63,939 nt of DNA, filler included, from Thelocarpon superellum (GCA_026025795.1; 3 parts of 3 records of this genome joined end to end with filler, not necessarily neighbours in it); one strand, 5' to 3'; positions 1-12,922 are shown, counted from the first letter of the whole stretch. Translations and numbers: made by a program. Notes: a model not told the origin generated them from the letters alone.

Positions 1-1262
1 GGGTCACGACAAGGCTGCGTGCGCAGAGCGAATCGGACAGGGCGACCAACGTGGGGTGAGCTGCACCTGTGGACTGGAAGGGTGAAGCAGCTCAGCCAGC
101 AGTGGGGCTAAGGCAAGGCGTCCAAGTAGAGTCTCCCGTTGGCCCTCCTTCGGCAGCGTTGGCTGGCTGTAGGTCGGTTTCGTGCGAGTAGGCCGAGGGT
201 TCCTGTCGCGGCCGCGGTGGCGATCCAGCTTCTGACGTCGAGCCGCGCGTTTATGATTTACATATGCTTACGGTTACGTTCAGGTCACTCCTGATCCGCC
301 GTCGCCGCTGGGCTCGCTTGACGAGGGCGGAGGACAGAGGATGGACATGATAGCAGATAGCGGATGTTTTGCTTTGCGGGTTAGTATGGGTGCTGTTTAG
401 CCCCGACTTCAAATCGCATTTGTCGATCCTCGAGTCTGCTGTCGCGCTCGCACGGCGGCGCCGACCAAAGGAAGAAAACGTGACCGTGTTTCTCCGCCCG
501 CTCGCTCTTCCCAGACGTACTCGTACTACACCACCAGAAGGTCATTGCCCACCCGTCGGTCGACATGCTAACCAGTACTATAAGTAGTAGTGGTAGCAAA
601 AGTTCGCCATGTGTTGCCGTGTGTTGCCGTTGGAAAGATTGTGACTGGCCGTCTGGCCAGGCAAGAATCCATGTACGTAACAGCTACTGCCACCAGGTCG
701 TCAGCAGGGCCCTCCAGGCCACCCACCATACCTGAGTGCGAGACGCGGCAGTACGAGGCGCGGTGGGCGGTCATTACTCGCACCCATCCACGGAGACGTT
801 CTTCCGACTGTACGTCCAAGTGGAAAGTGAGTTGGAGGTGACTGGATGCGTTCGGAGTGAGATCATTCAATCCAACTCAATCCAATCCAATCCAGTCCAT
901 TATATTATCGTCTCCAACCAAGTCACTATCTAGTCGCCGATGCGGCCATGCACGAATATGCGTAAGATACGTACGTTACATGAGTGGGCGATGACCGATA
1001 CTCCTTGCGGGGGGAGAAACCTTTCATCGGGTCACTCGTCGGGGTCCCGCCTCCCGGTCAAGCGCCACGACGCTGGTCCGTCGTCCGTCGTCCTGCGTCC
1101 TGTGTTCTGCGACCGTCATCGACACCAGAAACACGCGCCCGCCCGTCGCGAACCGACACCAACCTGGCTGACAAGCTCCTCGTACGGGCAACTGCAAGCG
1201 TAGGCGCTCGCGTAGATGCAAGAAATATGACGTGTCATCCCCGCCCGTGCCTCCCATCGTTG

Positions 1263-1416
1263 CCTCACTTCCTCCCTTCCTCACTTCCTCACTTCCTCAC
1301 TTCAGCACTTCTTCATTTCAGCACTTCCTCACTTCAGCACTTCCTCACTTCAGCACTTCCTCACTTCAGCACTTCCTCACTTCAGCACTTCCTCACTTCA
1401 GCACTTCCTCACTTCC
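1263..1416. repeat. Minisatellite of 8-mers CACTTCCT/CACTTCAG forming a 16-nt higher-order unit
   Basis: Directly visible: cacttcctcacttcagcacttcctcacttcag... The array overlaps the BOI1 stop codon. Confidence 0.95.
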
Positions 1417-4400
1417 CCTCGTCCAGGCTCGTCTTGGAGGTGGCGTCGAGGCTGTTGGTCTTCTTGGCTTCCTCCGACTGCTTGTCCATGCCCGACACGC
1501 CGCTGTCGTCCTCACCCGCGTCGCCCTCAGAGTCGCCGGGCCGGCCGGGCAGGCCGCTGGTGCGGTCGCTCGACGGACTCGACGTCGACGCCCGGTCGTT
1601 CATGATGATCTCGTCTACGCCCATGAGCGCCGGTGGTCGGTGCCGCATTTGCCGCGCCTTGGTGAGCGAGATGGTCTTCTGCTGATTGGTCGTCGTCAGA
1701 GGCTGCGTGTCGTCGCGGTCGATGGTCGCCTTGACCAGCGCCGCCATCCAGAGCCGGCCCTGCTGCAGGTTGTCCACGGCGAAGTAGTGCACCGTGGGCT
1801 TGGTGAAGTTGACCGCCTTGGACAGGCCGAGGCGCGGCGGCACCAGCTTGAAGATGAAGATGTTGTCCATGCCTTCGCGCACCGCCGGCGTCGTGTTGGC
1901 CGCCTCCGTCGCCGCCAGCGTCGGCATCTGTGCGTTCTGCGGACTCGTCGGGCTGTTGCTCACCCCCGACAGCGTCGCGTGTAGTCCGATGATTCGGTCC
2001 GTGTCGGCCGGGAGCACGCGGTGCGACGAGATGTCGATCAGCCCCTTCTCCTGCTCGTCCTCTTCCGAGTAGTAGTACGACAGCCGCCGTCCGCGCAGGA
2101 TGAAGAGCCGTGGCTTCCACGTCGACATGAGTTTGTGACTCTTCTTCTTCATCCATCCGCTGTAGTCACACCCCGCCATCTGCTCCGCCGGCGTCTTCTT
2201 CTCCAGCCCGCGCGTGTAGGCGCTCGTCTCCTGCTTGGCCTTCCGTCGTACCGTGCCCGCGTTACCGGCCAAAGCACCCGGGCCGGCCGTCGGCGACGCC
2301 TTGGTCGACTCGCTCGAGTCTGCGTCGGTCGTCTTGCTGCTGCCGGTCGTCGATTGGTTGTCGGTGACGACGCTTGGCGCCCCAGGCCGCACGCTGGCCT
2401 TCTCACTACCCGTCACCGCGTCGGAGATGGCTCGCAGGCCCGTGGCGCGCGCGCGAGCCGCCGTGGCCGCGGCCGTTGGTGGCGCCATGCTCGCCGGGGA
2501 TGAACCCTGCCCGTTGACCGGGGCGGGTCCACTGGAAACGCGCCGATCGGGGCTCACCACGCCCACCGGCCCGTCGTCGTAGTCGAGCCGCGTCACCGTG
2601 GGTGAAGTGACCACGGTTGAGACGGACTTGAAGTTGGGCGCCTCGGCCTTGATCGTCTTGGAAGCACGGTCCTTGAGGCCGAAGCCCTGGTAGAACTGTG
2701 CCGCCGTGGCCGACGCCCGGGTCGCCGCCATGCGAGTGGGGTCGCGGATGGAGTCGGCGCTGCCGTAGCGCGACTGTCGCGAATGCGCCGTGGCGCTCCG
2801 CTGCCGTTGCTCGTCCGTATAGCTCGACGTGTTGCGGACGTGCCCAGCGCTGACGCGTTTCTTGATCACTTTGCGAGGCTTCCTCGTCTCGAACTCGCCG
2901 CTGGAGACGTAGCCGCGGTCCAGATCGCGTGACATGGCCGACCAGAAGCCGCTCTCCTGCGGGATGCTGTCCGTCGTGCTATGGCCAGATGACCGAAGCG
3001 CCTGCTGGCTGCCGATGGAATCGCGGGGCGTGGATGATAGCGGCCGGCCGGTGGTCGGTGGACTATTGCCCATGGTCCAGTTTCGGTCGAACGAGGCTTG
3101 CTTACGGTGAGTGGTCCCGGCGGGCCGGGGCCCGGAGCCAGTTCCGGGTCCGGGCGCGTATGTAGCCGCGCGCTCCTTGTTCGGGTCGGGCCGTTTGTTG
3201 AGGGCCACGTCGATAGATGAGTGGCGTCGCGCGTGGTTGTAGTCGCGGATGGACGCGGCCGAGGGCCGTGTCGGGCTGTCAAGGCCCAAAGGCGGCGAGA
3301 AGGCCAACACGGGCGAGCTGAGCTCGGATCGCGACGAGAGATCGTGAGGGATCCCCTGAGGACGCTCGACCCGACTGTCGTGTCGTGTCGTTCCAGCGCG
3401 TGAGAGCAGGCTGGGGATACGCGGGAGCATCGCCCCGCCCGAGCTGTTTCGAGAGCGAGGACTCCCGTCGTGCGCGCCAGCCTCACCGCTGCCTGCAAAG
3501 GGCGTGGGCCCGCGAGCGGCTGGCTCGTGTCCTTTGGCTTCGTCTTGGAGTGCTTTAATCTTGTGCCAGGTGCGCAGGCGGCGACCGACTGGCCCGAGTT
3601 CGAGATCCTTGATCAAGAGCGAGGCCTGGTCCATACCGAGGAGCACCTCGCCTGAGATCTCCTGTTCGACAAAGACCTTGCAGTGCGACGCTTCCACACC
3701 CACGTCACTGAGATACTCGGCGACGCGAGCGGGTGACCAGTGCAAGATATCATCCTCCATGCGGCCATTCTCCTCTTCCTCGTCCGTCTCGTGGCCGGTG
3801 ATGTAGGAGAGACGGTTATCCAAGTGATTACTGTACTCGCTGCCCGAATCATTAGCCCCGCGGCGGTCCGCAACGGCCAGGCTGTGGCGTGGCGTGCTCA
3901 TGTCGGTGATGTGCTCTTCGATGACGCTCAGCGTCTCGTTCATGACCGGGCTGTCCTCGTCGAGGAGCCGGGCGTTGCTCATGCTCGAGATGCGGAGCGC
4001 GTTGGACGTCGGCGATGATGCGAGCGCAGTGAAGGCGGGGGCCATGGTGGGGGTCGGTGGATCGTGGGGAGGAAGGGAAGTAGGGGGTGGGGTGATATTC
4101 TGGACGGTCATTGGGGTCGATCGAGCGCTCTCCGTGCTAGGACGTTCATCCAGCTCGTCGTCGTGTGTCGTCGTCGTGGTTGGTGCGACGGCGACGATGC
4201 GTGACGTGGGGGAGACGAGCGGGGCCTTGGCCGCGTCGGGGTCGGTGGTCTTGAAGACCGAGCCCACCTGCGCCGCGCTGGTTGACGGCGCTTTGGCGTT
4301 GGCGGAGGAGGCCAGTAAGGCGATGCCTTTGGGTGCCGAGGTGGTGTAGACTGGTGCGTCGCATCAAGGGTCAGTCACCTCGCCCGCGGGAGGGAGACCG

Positions 4401-4618
4401 CGCTTACCTTCGGGAAAGAGTCCAGTATTGCCATTCAGCAGGTGTCGTCCCAGATACCAGCCATCGCCAAAGTCGTCGTCGCGTTCGATGAGCTCGATGC
4501 GATCACCCTTGGCCAAGCTCAGCTCGTCTGAGCTGCGGGCCTCGAAGTCGTGCACAACCAGCAGAATCTGACCGGGCGCGGCCTTCTTGGGTATGTCGGC
4601 CGGCGATCGCATGGCCAT
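1409..4618 (-). CDS. BOI1: Boi1/Boi2/Pob1-family polarity scaffold (SH3-SAM-PH), about 1050 aa, 2 exons (4618-4408, 4350-1409)
   Basis: Exon 1 encodes an SH3 domain (VVHDFEARSSDELSLAKGDRIELIERDDDFGDGWYLG). A GTAAGC...CAG intron at 4407-4351 joins it in frame. Exon 2 has a SAM domain (WSPARVAEYL...EQEISGEVLL) and a PH domain (CDYSGWMKKK...WKPRLFILRGRRLSYYYS). Confidence 0.93.
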
Positions 4619-7296
4619 GGCGCCGGGTCGGGGAGTGGGGCGAGGAGGGGGGAGGGGGGAGGGGGAGCGATCGAGCGAGGGAGGCCCTCGGAGACGAGCC
4701 GTCCAGCGATCAGCGGCGGGACCGACGCGCGAATGACCCGATCATTGACGCCGGCTGGTCGGGACCTGGACGACGTGGATTTCAGCAAGCGGAAGGGCGC
4801 CGAATGCGAACATGATGCAGAGAGCCACAGAGGGTCGAGGGACGTGACGATGAAGAGTGGCTGGGCATCGCCGGATCGAGGTGTATGGGGGCGAGCGAGA
4901 GAAGAGGGTGTGCGGGTCGTCGGCGGCGGCACTTACCCGTGTGGAGACGCGAACGAACGGCCGGACGAGATGTACCGGCAACGAGGTAGTTAACGAGCAA
5001 CAAGCAGCCGGCAACGAGCGACGAGCACGGCGTAACGATGCAAACGCCGGCGGGACGTGGATCGGGATGCAGAAGCAAAAGTAAAGAATGCACCTGCATC
5101 AGGGTCCGGACTCGAGGAGTGAACACCACCCTACCACGGTCTGCTGGAGTGGGCAGAGGGGACGACGATTGGGTACCACCGAGTGGCGCACCGCTGCGGC
5201 CGGGAGCGATTCAAGTCCGTGGCGGCCGATTCCGATCTGCGAGGAACGAGGAACGAAGAGCGAGTGCGACAAGCCCGCTCGTTCCCTTTCGACAACCTCT
5301 GTACCGTGCGAAACAGCAGCGGTCCCTTTGTGCGAGTCCCGGTGGAGGCCGAGTACGGGGCCTCCAGCACCGGATACCTGAGATCCTATCTACTCGTAGT
5401 CGTATGTCTTCAAGGACGCGGACGTGGGCACGGTACTATGTACAAAGGGCCTCGTGCATCCAGCGACCATCAAGCCGCACCGTATCCGTCCTTCACGACA
5501 GGGGCGCGTCTTTGTTGCTCGGGCTTGGGGTCCGGGCTCGGGGTCCGGGCCCGGGCTTCACGGCATCAGCTGCCCCCAGTGCCACCTGCCTGCCCATCAC
5601 CCCACCTGCCCAGATGTGCCTACCTACTCGTCCTCGCCGAACTCGCCCATTCAACCGTTGCAGACGGCTTGTCTGTCGGCTCCTCTTAAGCGACATGCTG
5701 GTCCCCGCCCGAGTCATGCACCCCACCGCACCACCGCACGACACCACAGGTCTTCTGCGAGTCCTCGTCTGTCTAGTCAAGGACCTGCTTGGCTAGGTTA
5801 AAGAGCCGCCGGGTGTGCAGCAATGACCTTCAATCAAGATGACGACGACTGCACGCAACGCTGGTACCTACATCACTCACCGGCTTGGCGCCTCGGGACT
5901 CTGGCGAGTGCCCTTGCGCGTGCCCAGTCCTGCGAGAGATGGCCTCGTACTCCACCAATACAAATATTCGCAGCTCTGCAACATCCATGGACAGTGGACG
6001 TGGGCGTTAGTGGCACGCCACGATGGCCGTCGCGGTGCCCGCGGATGGCTTGACTCTTAGCGGGAACGACCGGCGTGGAAGTCTCACCGTCGCCCGCCCT
6101 CAATGCCCAAGGCCCATGGTAAACTTCCATGGCGAGTACTCGCAATCATGGCGCCATGCGCCATACCCTGTTGCTGGGACCGATTGCTGGCAGCCAATAG
6201 TCCAGTGAATCCGAATAGTCCAAGTCATCCTTCAACGCCTGTGCTGATCATCATTTGATCCTCCTCAACCACAGTATTTACCATGGTATAGTCAAAGGGG
6301 GATGAACTCTAAGCACAAGTGACAGGACGAATGCGTTTTTAAAGGCAGGCGAGTGCAGGACCCTCTTACCATAACAAAGGAACTGAGACCAGGGGTGGGC
6401 CTTACGAGTCCGAATACCCGGGGTTGCTTGGGGTGAAGATGTTAGAACTCCGGGGCGATCACGAGTACGAGTACTCGCACTTGCACTTGTGCAGGCGCTG
6501 CCGTCTAGTGACATACTTCGTACAATCGCTGACCCCTGACTCTTCCGCGGTTCCCGGCGCTGCCGCCATTCGCTCGGAGCAACGCACTTTAAGTCGTGGT
6601 CCTTCGGGCTCGGCCTCATCATTACGTCAGTAATTAGTAACTGAGTTAGTAACTGCCGGTAGCCCGAGTCACTGATTGATAAGTTAGCGAGAGAGCTATC
6701 ACTACTCGTAGAGTCCAACTGCAAGCTTCATCATCAACACTTCTTCACCAACAGTGATCACAGTGAATCGTCCTCCTCTCTTCAACTGTCCACCCAAAGT
6801 GAAGTGCTCTGCTCCCGTTTTCTATTCATTCCACAGTAAATCACTCTCTCCCCCATCCATCTACTCCATAGTGACTGCCTTCTAAGCCTGATTAGATCCT
6901 CACATTCATTCGCATCATGTTGTTAAACACAATCATGACGGCAGAACGCGCGCTGGCCGCGGACTCGTGGGTGAGTTCGCGAGTGTTTCTTCCATCGCGC
7001 AGCGGCTTGTACATCCCCAAATCACACAACGTCTTTGATTCCTGCTCTTGACTCAATCGTTGTTCACAACGTCCATCGTCTGCCTTTGACCTCCTTTCTC
7101 CTCTCTTCTTCGTCACTGGTCCAGTCGAAAGATCTCTCCAATGACAAATTGGCTCACGCGTATCCTAGTCCCGCGCCCGCAGTCGTAGGATGGTGTGGCG
7201 GCCACGATGGCGTCCGAGGGAGAGCGTCACTAGCGCTCCCTGAGCTCCATCGAGGGGCATCCGCTGGTGCGCCCAGCGCCGACTCAAGTGGGTGTG

Positions 7297-10200
7297 ATGG
7301 CACCAGAGGCCCTGTCACTCACGGCCGTGACACGCACTGTTTTTGTGCACAACAACGACCCTCCGCGCACCAACGTTCCTCCACCTACCAACAATAATCC
7401 GCGCGAAACAGACCCTCCGCGCGTCACCTCTACGCGCACCAACGAGTCAAGCATCGCCGTGTTAAACGCCCCGGTGAAGATGTCGTCGCTCACTCCGTCG
7501 GAGCCTGTCGCTAGCTCAGCACCCGAGACCATCCCATCGGTCGAGGAGTGGATCGCCAATTTTAGGGCTCTCCCTCCACCCTCTGTACCGAATCCAATAG
7601 CTTCTCACGACTTGGATCCTGCACTTTTGGGCTCTGACAACATCGACCCGGTGCTTCTGGAGTTGTCTCTCTTCCCACTTCAGGGCGGCGAGGACCGTGC
7701 TCAGATCTCACACACGCAGAGCAGCGCAGTCTTTCGACAAGGCTGCGACGATTCAGCTGAGATCTCACACACGCAGAGCGGCCCATCCTCGACGACCGTG
7801 ACATCGTGGCCATTACAGCCCATGGCGCCATCCCTTCCCGTGAATGTTGACGCTCTCGATACGACCGGCCTGCCCGAGTCTCCTGCCTCTCCCATCAACG
7901 CTAAGTGCTCCGAGAATGAGGGCCTGAAAGATCATCCGGCGGAAGTTACCCACGACCATCTCCACCACCACGGTCGCTCGGCGGATCTGTCGGGAGCGGC
8001 AACGGAAATGCCTTCACCCGAGAGTACGATGCCAGTCAACGCCCAGGTTCACGGCAGCATGAACGTCAACACCAACGCCACCCAGCATGATCCTTACGCC
8101 TACCCAACCGAAGCATGGACTCAAGGGCTGCCGCCGCGCGCCGTTTTGCCCCCTGACGCGCCGATCCGTGCGCTACCCTACGCCTGGCCACGCCAGCTCT
8201 TCGTCTTGGACCGTGGCGCCGTCGACATGTGCTTTGCGGAGGATGACGCGGGCTTTAACAACACGGGCACCTCGCTTGCGGAGACTGGCACGCTGACTTC
8301 GGTCCTCAGTACGTACCTCACCTACTGCGGAGGCGAAGCGCATTTCGATCGCACCTTCGAGCGACCTCGCTTCGACCGTCTGCGTCAGGCGGCTGTGTCG
8401 GGAGATTTCTTCTACCTCGTCCTCCATCAGCTGTATTGCACGAGCTCCCTCACCTTCGAGCACACGCGACGGCGTCTGGGCATCGACCCTGCGTGGTACG
8501 ATGCTATGGACAGTCTAACCTCGACCTTGGGTCGGAACGATCTCGTCGTGCTGCAGCGCTTGGTGTTCATGGCCGACTATCCCCAAGCGCTCGAGGTGCT
8601 CATCCACACGTCTGATACGTATCGCTATGCCACGAAGCAGGTCATCGCGTTCCTGATTCAATTCCGCTTCCGCAAGGCCGCCCTGGCCCAATGCTTCATC
8701 CGCGGATGTCCGCCGCTGGCGGACGAGTTGGTCGGGTGGTTTGGCGTCGGGTCGGGCATCGTCCAGCGTTTATTGTTCCGCGTCATGCTCATGGAGATGT
8801 GGGGCCTCCAGCGCGACAACTGGTGCAACCGTTACGAGCTCATCTTCCGGAAGAGTCAAGACGCCCTGCTGCGCGCCGACCTTCGTGAGGTCGAAGGCCG
8901 CGACGGAACGGGTGCGTATGCGAAGCAACGCGCGGCGATGATCGCACAGATGCAGGAGCTGCGCAGCCTCCACGTGCGGGCCCAGTATCCCAACTCCGCA
9001 CCACCTGACCTAGCGCAGCACCCGCTCGGCCTCGCGAGCGTGAACCCTTTCGTGCCGTGGGTGGGCGTCGGGCCCGAGCGGTCGGGCCCTGCTCCCACGG
9101 GGACCGCCTTGTATACCTTGCCGCCGCTGCCGCAGGTCCAGTCCACGGCAGCTGTTGCTCAGGGCCCCACGGCGCGGGGGGTCGCCCGGTCTGCCCTACC
9201 ACCACTGCAACCTTCGGCGGGCCGTACTGTCGGTATTGGCTCGCGGGTGGCCGCCAGCGTTACCCTTCCCCCGCTGCAGTCCACGGGGCTCCTCGCGCAG
9301 GCTCAGCCGGCCCCCAGTCCGAGCGCCTTGGCGCCTCCGGACGACACACGTGGCGGGAAACGCGTGCGGGTCGAGGACTCCTCGGCGCTCTCCGCCCCGC
9401 CACCCATACGCCCCGCCGCCTCGGCCCGTTTTCCCGGTGGCCCAAAGCGGCTGGCGCGTCAACAGCCGGATCTTCAAGCGCCAGCCATCATCGTGGCGCA
9501 GGCGGCGGGTCAGGAAGGGCCAGTCGGGCCGCATTATGAATACGTCGCAGGATTTGCCGTGCTTCCGCAGGTCTTACCGCCCGGCACGCCGCTCTACACC
9601 TTTTCGTTCGCAGTGGATATGACGTCGTATGACAGTGTACCCGAGACCGTCTTCCACCCCGCGACGACGGGATCCACGGCACGATCCGTCCGCGATGGCT
9701 CCTTGCTGTATCGCCTGCGCTGCTGCAAGCTGGACTCGCCCGAGGAATCAGGGCACGAAGGGAAATGGCTCCGCCTGCCCACCACCTGGCCACGTACCTG
9801 TCTTCTCGACCTCAACGGCACGGACCTCAAGCTACGACGCGATGGCCGGTCCCAGGCCCTCGACCTCACGGAGGAGGTCGTGCGGGGGCAGAACGCGCTG
9901 CGCGTCTCCGTGGTCCGTCTGGTGGAAGAGTCGGAGACGGCATACGCCCTCGGCGTAGAAGTGGTCCGCGTGGCCTCGCGCCGAGGACTGCTTCAGCTGT
10001 GCCTCGGCCAGGGCCCGACGCCACTGAGCGAGGGGATCGATCTGATCAAGACCGAGCTCCCGCCCGGCCGTGCTCGAATGCAGGTCAACGTCACCGATCC
10101 GAGCACGGGACATTTGCTGGTGACGCCGGTGCGCGGGGAGGACTGCCGGCACGCACGTTGCTTCGATCTGGACGCCTACATCGACGCTCACCACGACCTG

Positions 10201-10473
10201 AATGAGCGGGTTACGGATCCGGCGAGCGTGACGAGGTGGGAATGTCCGCTCTGTCGATCTGACGCTCGTCCGCACCGCCTCCGCCTCGACGGATACATGC
10301 AATTCATCTGCTACACGCTCGCAGAAGAAGGCCATCCGGGCACGCGACGCATCACCTTCCGCTCGGATGGCACGTGGGTGGGCCCAGGCACCACGGTCCA
10401 TGCCCCTACCCCGGGCAACCCTAGCACCCCCCCAGCCGCACTTTCTGGCGAGGCCATGGACCTCGACGCCTGA
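7297..10473 (+). CDS. SP-RING/MIZ zinc-finger protein (Siz/PIAS-related, putative SUMO E3 ligase-like); 5' end uncertain
   Basis: ORF of more than 1000 aa ending in VTDPSTGHLLVTPVRGEDCRHARCFDL...WECPLCRSDARP (zf-MIZ). It is preceded by YRLRCC...WP...LNG...DLT...GQNAL, typical of this fungal family. Upstream exons are possible from ATG 6917/6935 (donor GTGAGT at 6971). Confidence 0.8.
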   Translation: MAPEALSLTAVTRTVFVHNNDPPRTNVPPPTNNNPRETDPPRVTSTRTNESSIAVLNAPVKMSSLTPSEPVASSAPETIPSVEEWIANFRALPPPSVPNPIASHDLDPALLGSDNIDPVLLELSLFPLQGGEDRAQISHTQSSAVFRQGCDDSAEISHTQSGPSSTTVTSWPLQPMAPSLPVNVDALDTTGLPESPASPINAKCSENEGLKDHPAEVTHDHLHHHGRSADLSGAATEMPSPESTMPVNAQVHGSMNVNTNATQHDPYAYPTEAWTQGLPPRAVLPPDAPIRALPYAWPRQLFVLDRGAVDMCFAEDDAGFNNTGTSLAETGTLTSVLSTYLTYCGGEAHFDRTFERPRFDRLRQAAVSGDFFYLVLHQLYCTSSLTFEHTRRRLGIDPAWYDAMDSLTSTLGRNDLVVLQRLVFMADYPQALEVLIHTSDTYRYATKQVIAFLIQFRFRKAALAQCFIRGCPPLADELVGWFGVGSGIVQRLLFRVMLMEMWGLQRDNWCNRYELIFRKSQDALLRADLREVEGRDGTGAYAKQRAAMIAQMQELRSLHVRAQYPNSAPPDLAQHPLGLASVNPFVPWVGVGPERSGPAPTGTALYTLPPLPQVQSTAAVAQGPTARGVARSALPPLQPSAGRTVGIGSRVAASVTLPPLQSTGLLAQAQPAPSPSALAPPDDTRGGKRVRVEDSSALSAPPPIRPAASARFPGGPKRLARQQPDLQAPAIIVAQAAGQEGPVGPHYEYVAGFAVLPQVLPPGTPLYTFSFAVDMTSYDSVPETVFHPATTGSTARSVRDGSLLYRLRCCKLDSPEESGHEGKWLRLPTTWPRTCLLDLNGTDLKLRRDGRSQALDLTEEVVRGQNALRVSVVRLVEESETAYALGVEVVRVASRRGLLQLCLGQGPTPLSEGIDLIKTELPPGRARMQVNVTDPSTGHLLVTPVRGEDCRHARCFDLDAYIDAHHDLNERVTDPASVTRWECPLCRSDARPHRLRLDGYMQFICYTLAEEGHPGTRRITFRSDGTWVGPGTTVHAPTPGNPSTPPAALSGEAMDLDA

Positions 10474-12922
10474 GCCCAGGCCCACGCCTCTCGAGAAGAT
10501 GCACATCGACATGTGATGATTCTTGACCGCCCCGGCTCTTCGTCTCCTCTCCGCGATATTTGATCTTCGGTGGTTGTACCCGGACTCAGCATCCTTCTCC
10601 TCGACCACCCTTCTCCCCGCGCATGACGCCCTGTTTGCGGCTTGACGGACCAGTCGTTAAAGGACCCTTTCATGCTACGACCCGGCTCACTCGCCATCTG
10701 CTCTGTCCTGCGATTTCTTACTTCGTTCTACCTGCACTCTTCCTGCAACGAGCTCTCGGCTCCAGCTCGACTCCATCGTCCCTCCGTTTCAAGACCCGCG
10801 GTCCTTGGATGGCGCGAATAGAAGTCGATGCCTGCGACAATGTCTGAACGTGGCTGGGGCGTGATGAGACGTGAGCATGACGACAATCTGTGGTGATGCT
10901 TGGCCCATTGGACCCGGTGTTGGCCGTCTTCGCTCTCTCTCTCTCCGGATATTTCACTTTCGCTTTGACCACCCGAGGAGATTTCTTGTCGCCACTTTGT
11001 AGGTTCTGGACGGAGGCACACCAAGGTTTCTTTATCTATTATTTCTCCGCCGATGATGCTTTCCACTCGTGATATTCGACTCGACTCGACCCTGCTCGAC
11101 CAATTTGATCCAACCTCAACAGACAGTTGATCTCGACTCCACTCGGATCAACTCGACAAATTTCGACCCTCGATCGTCTGTCCCCTTGTTTCTCACTTCT
11201 CACCTCAGACAGCTAGATTGCATTGAAATTGAAGAAAAGATTGACATTAAATCTGCATCTGAATCTGAACGTGATGATCGTGACGAGGGTCATACTGTAC
11301 ATGCCAATGTCTCCATCTTTCTTCCAGGGGCATGTGTCAAAGTAGATCAACAGTACCCATCTGGCGCGAATATCTTCTACCATCGAAGTCTATGTCCATG
11401 TAAGACATCTACGGAAAGGTAAAGATGCTTTTCACATCTGCCTTTTGTCATTCATCCTCCAACATTGATTAACTATCCTTTTTCGCGGCGCCCGGCGTCC
11501 GTGTCCCTCTAAAGCACGAACCATTTCCAGACCGTCAAATACGTCTTATATGTCCACGTTCATGCTAACGATTTAAAGCTAGAAGGTGATTTATCAGGGC
11601 TTGGAGGGGGGAAAGTGGGTGGAAAGGAGCCATGTGTGCGAGTGCGTGTGCGTGACCCTCACTTCTCTGTATCTCTTGCCTAAAATTTTTGGCGTCGAGA
11701 GCTGGTAGCATAGTGTTGCAGATTCTGCTGGGAGGATCCACACGGTGGACGTGAGGGACTGTGTAATGGGTGAGTGGGTGGGTGCATGAGCAGGTGAGAC
11801 TTCTCTCCATGTCACAAGCGTCATAGCGTCACATTGCATGGGCAGATGTCCTAGACAGACTTGGACCTCTCCTCACCACCATGCCATTCCTAAACGCAGC
11901 TACGGCCACCGCCACGACGTCGGTGCAGATGCAGGCGCAGATGATGCAGCAGAGGCAATAGTTGGTGGGATCTTTGCACAAAATTTCGCGTCACCGTGGC
12001 TCGCCAAGCGCGCAGGTAGCTCGGCCGGCGTCTCCAGACGAGTGAAGAAAGGGGCATCTGTAACGGACGAGGACAGAGGCAGATAGTGATATCTCGGCTG
12101 CTGTGACCGATCCTGCGGGCGAAAATAATTTGACGTGATGGAGAAGATTTGTGACTGTTTTGTGGCACTTTCGCGTTCATTCAAGCGAACATTTACGCGG
12201 AGTGGCGGTGGAGACGGGGCGAGTAGTCGAGGCCGAGTCGGATATTTGTACCACTCTTCCCTAAGACATGCAGCCTCTAGCTTGTCCCTCTCCCGCTACC
12301 CTCTCACCACAAGACTGACTACGGCTACTACGAGCGTCATTCGTACTAGTGGAAGAGTAGAGCTTTCTCGTGGAAGAGAAAGTCAAGCGTTCGGCCATCA
12401 TTACCGCAGCAGTACGACATACACCTTGCCTATCCCTTCACTAGAGCCGTGACATCTCGGTGGCGGGAGCGATAGTGAGAAGCCATGCGTCCTGCTGTAC
12501 TTGTACCACTCGAAGATACATCTTGACACTAACGAGTTCTTGACCAAGGAAGTCACTGCTCTAGTTAGATCCAGTCATTTCCGCCGTCACGTCCAGCATC
12601 CAGGGAACCAGGCCGCGGATGGCATTGACATCCACCCCCCACCGCTCCCTCCGTACTCCTTTTCCCAGGTCTAGTGACTCGTTCTCCTTCCACTCACAAT
12701 AACGCCATAGTCATACACCACACACGCCAGACAATCGCACAGACACTCGCGTCCGTTGACCCTACCATGGTGAACCAGCATGGGCGTGTGGGACGTGCAG
12801 TCACAGCGCACTAAACTCCACCGTACGCTCCTCGGCATCTCGAGCCACCTCGTCCCTAGGACACACGAATAATGACCCCAAGTCCCTTGTGCAAGAATCA
12901 CGAGCAGAGGTAGCGGGGATCC

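Noticed and set aside
1..870. Possible gene at the window start (intron-like GTAAGC...CAG on the - strand at 271-232)
   Set aside because: I could not build a consistent reading frame or recognise a protein.
984..1984. ORFs with LPHFSTSS/LTSALPHF repeats on the + strand
   Set aside because: They are translations of the minisatellite plus the antisense strand of BOI1.
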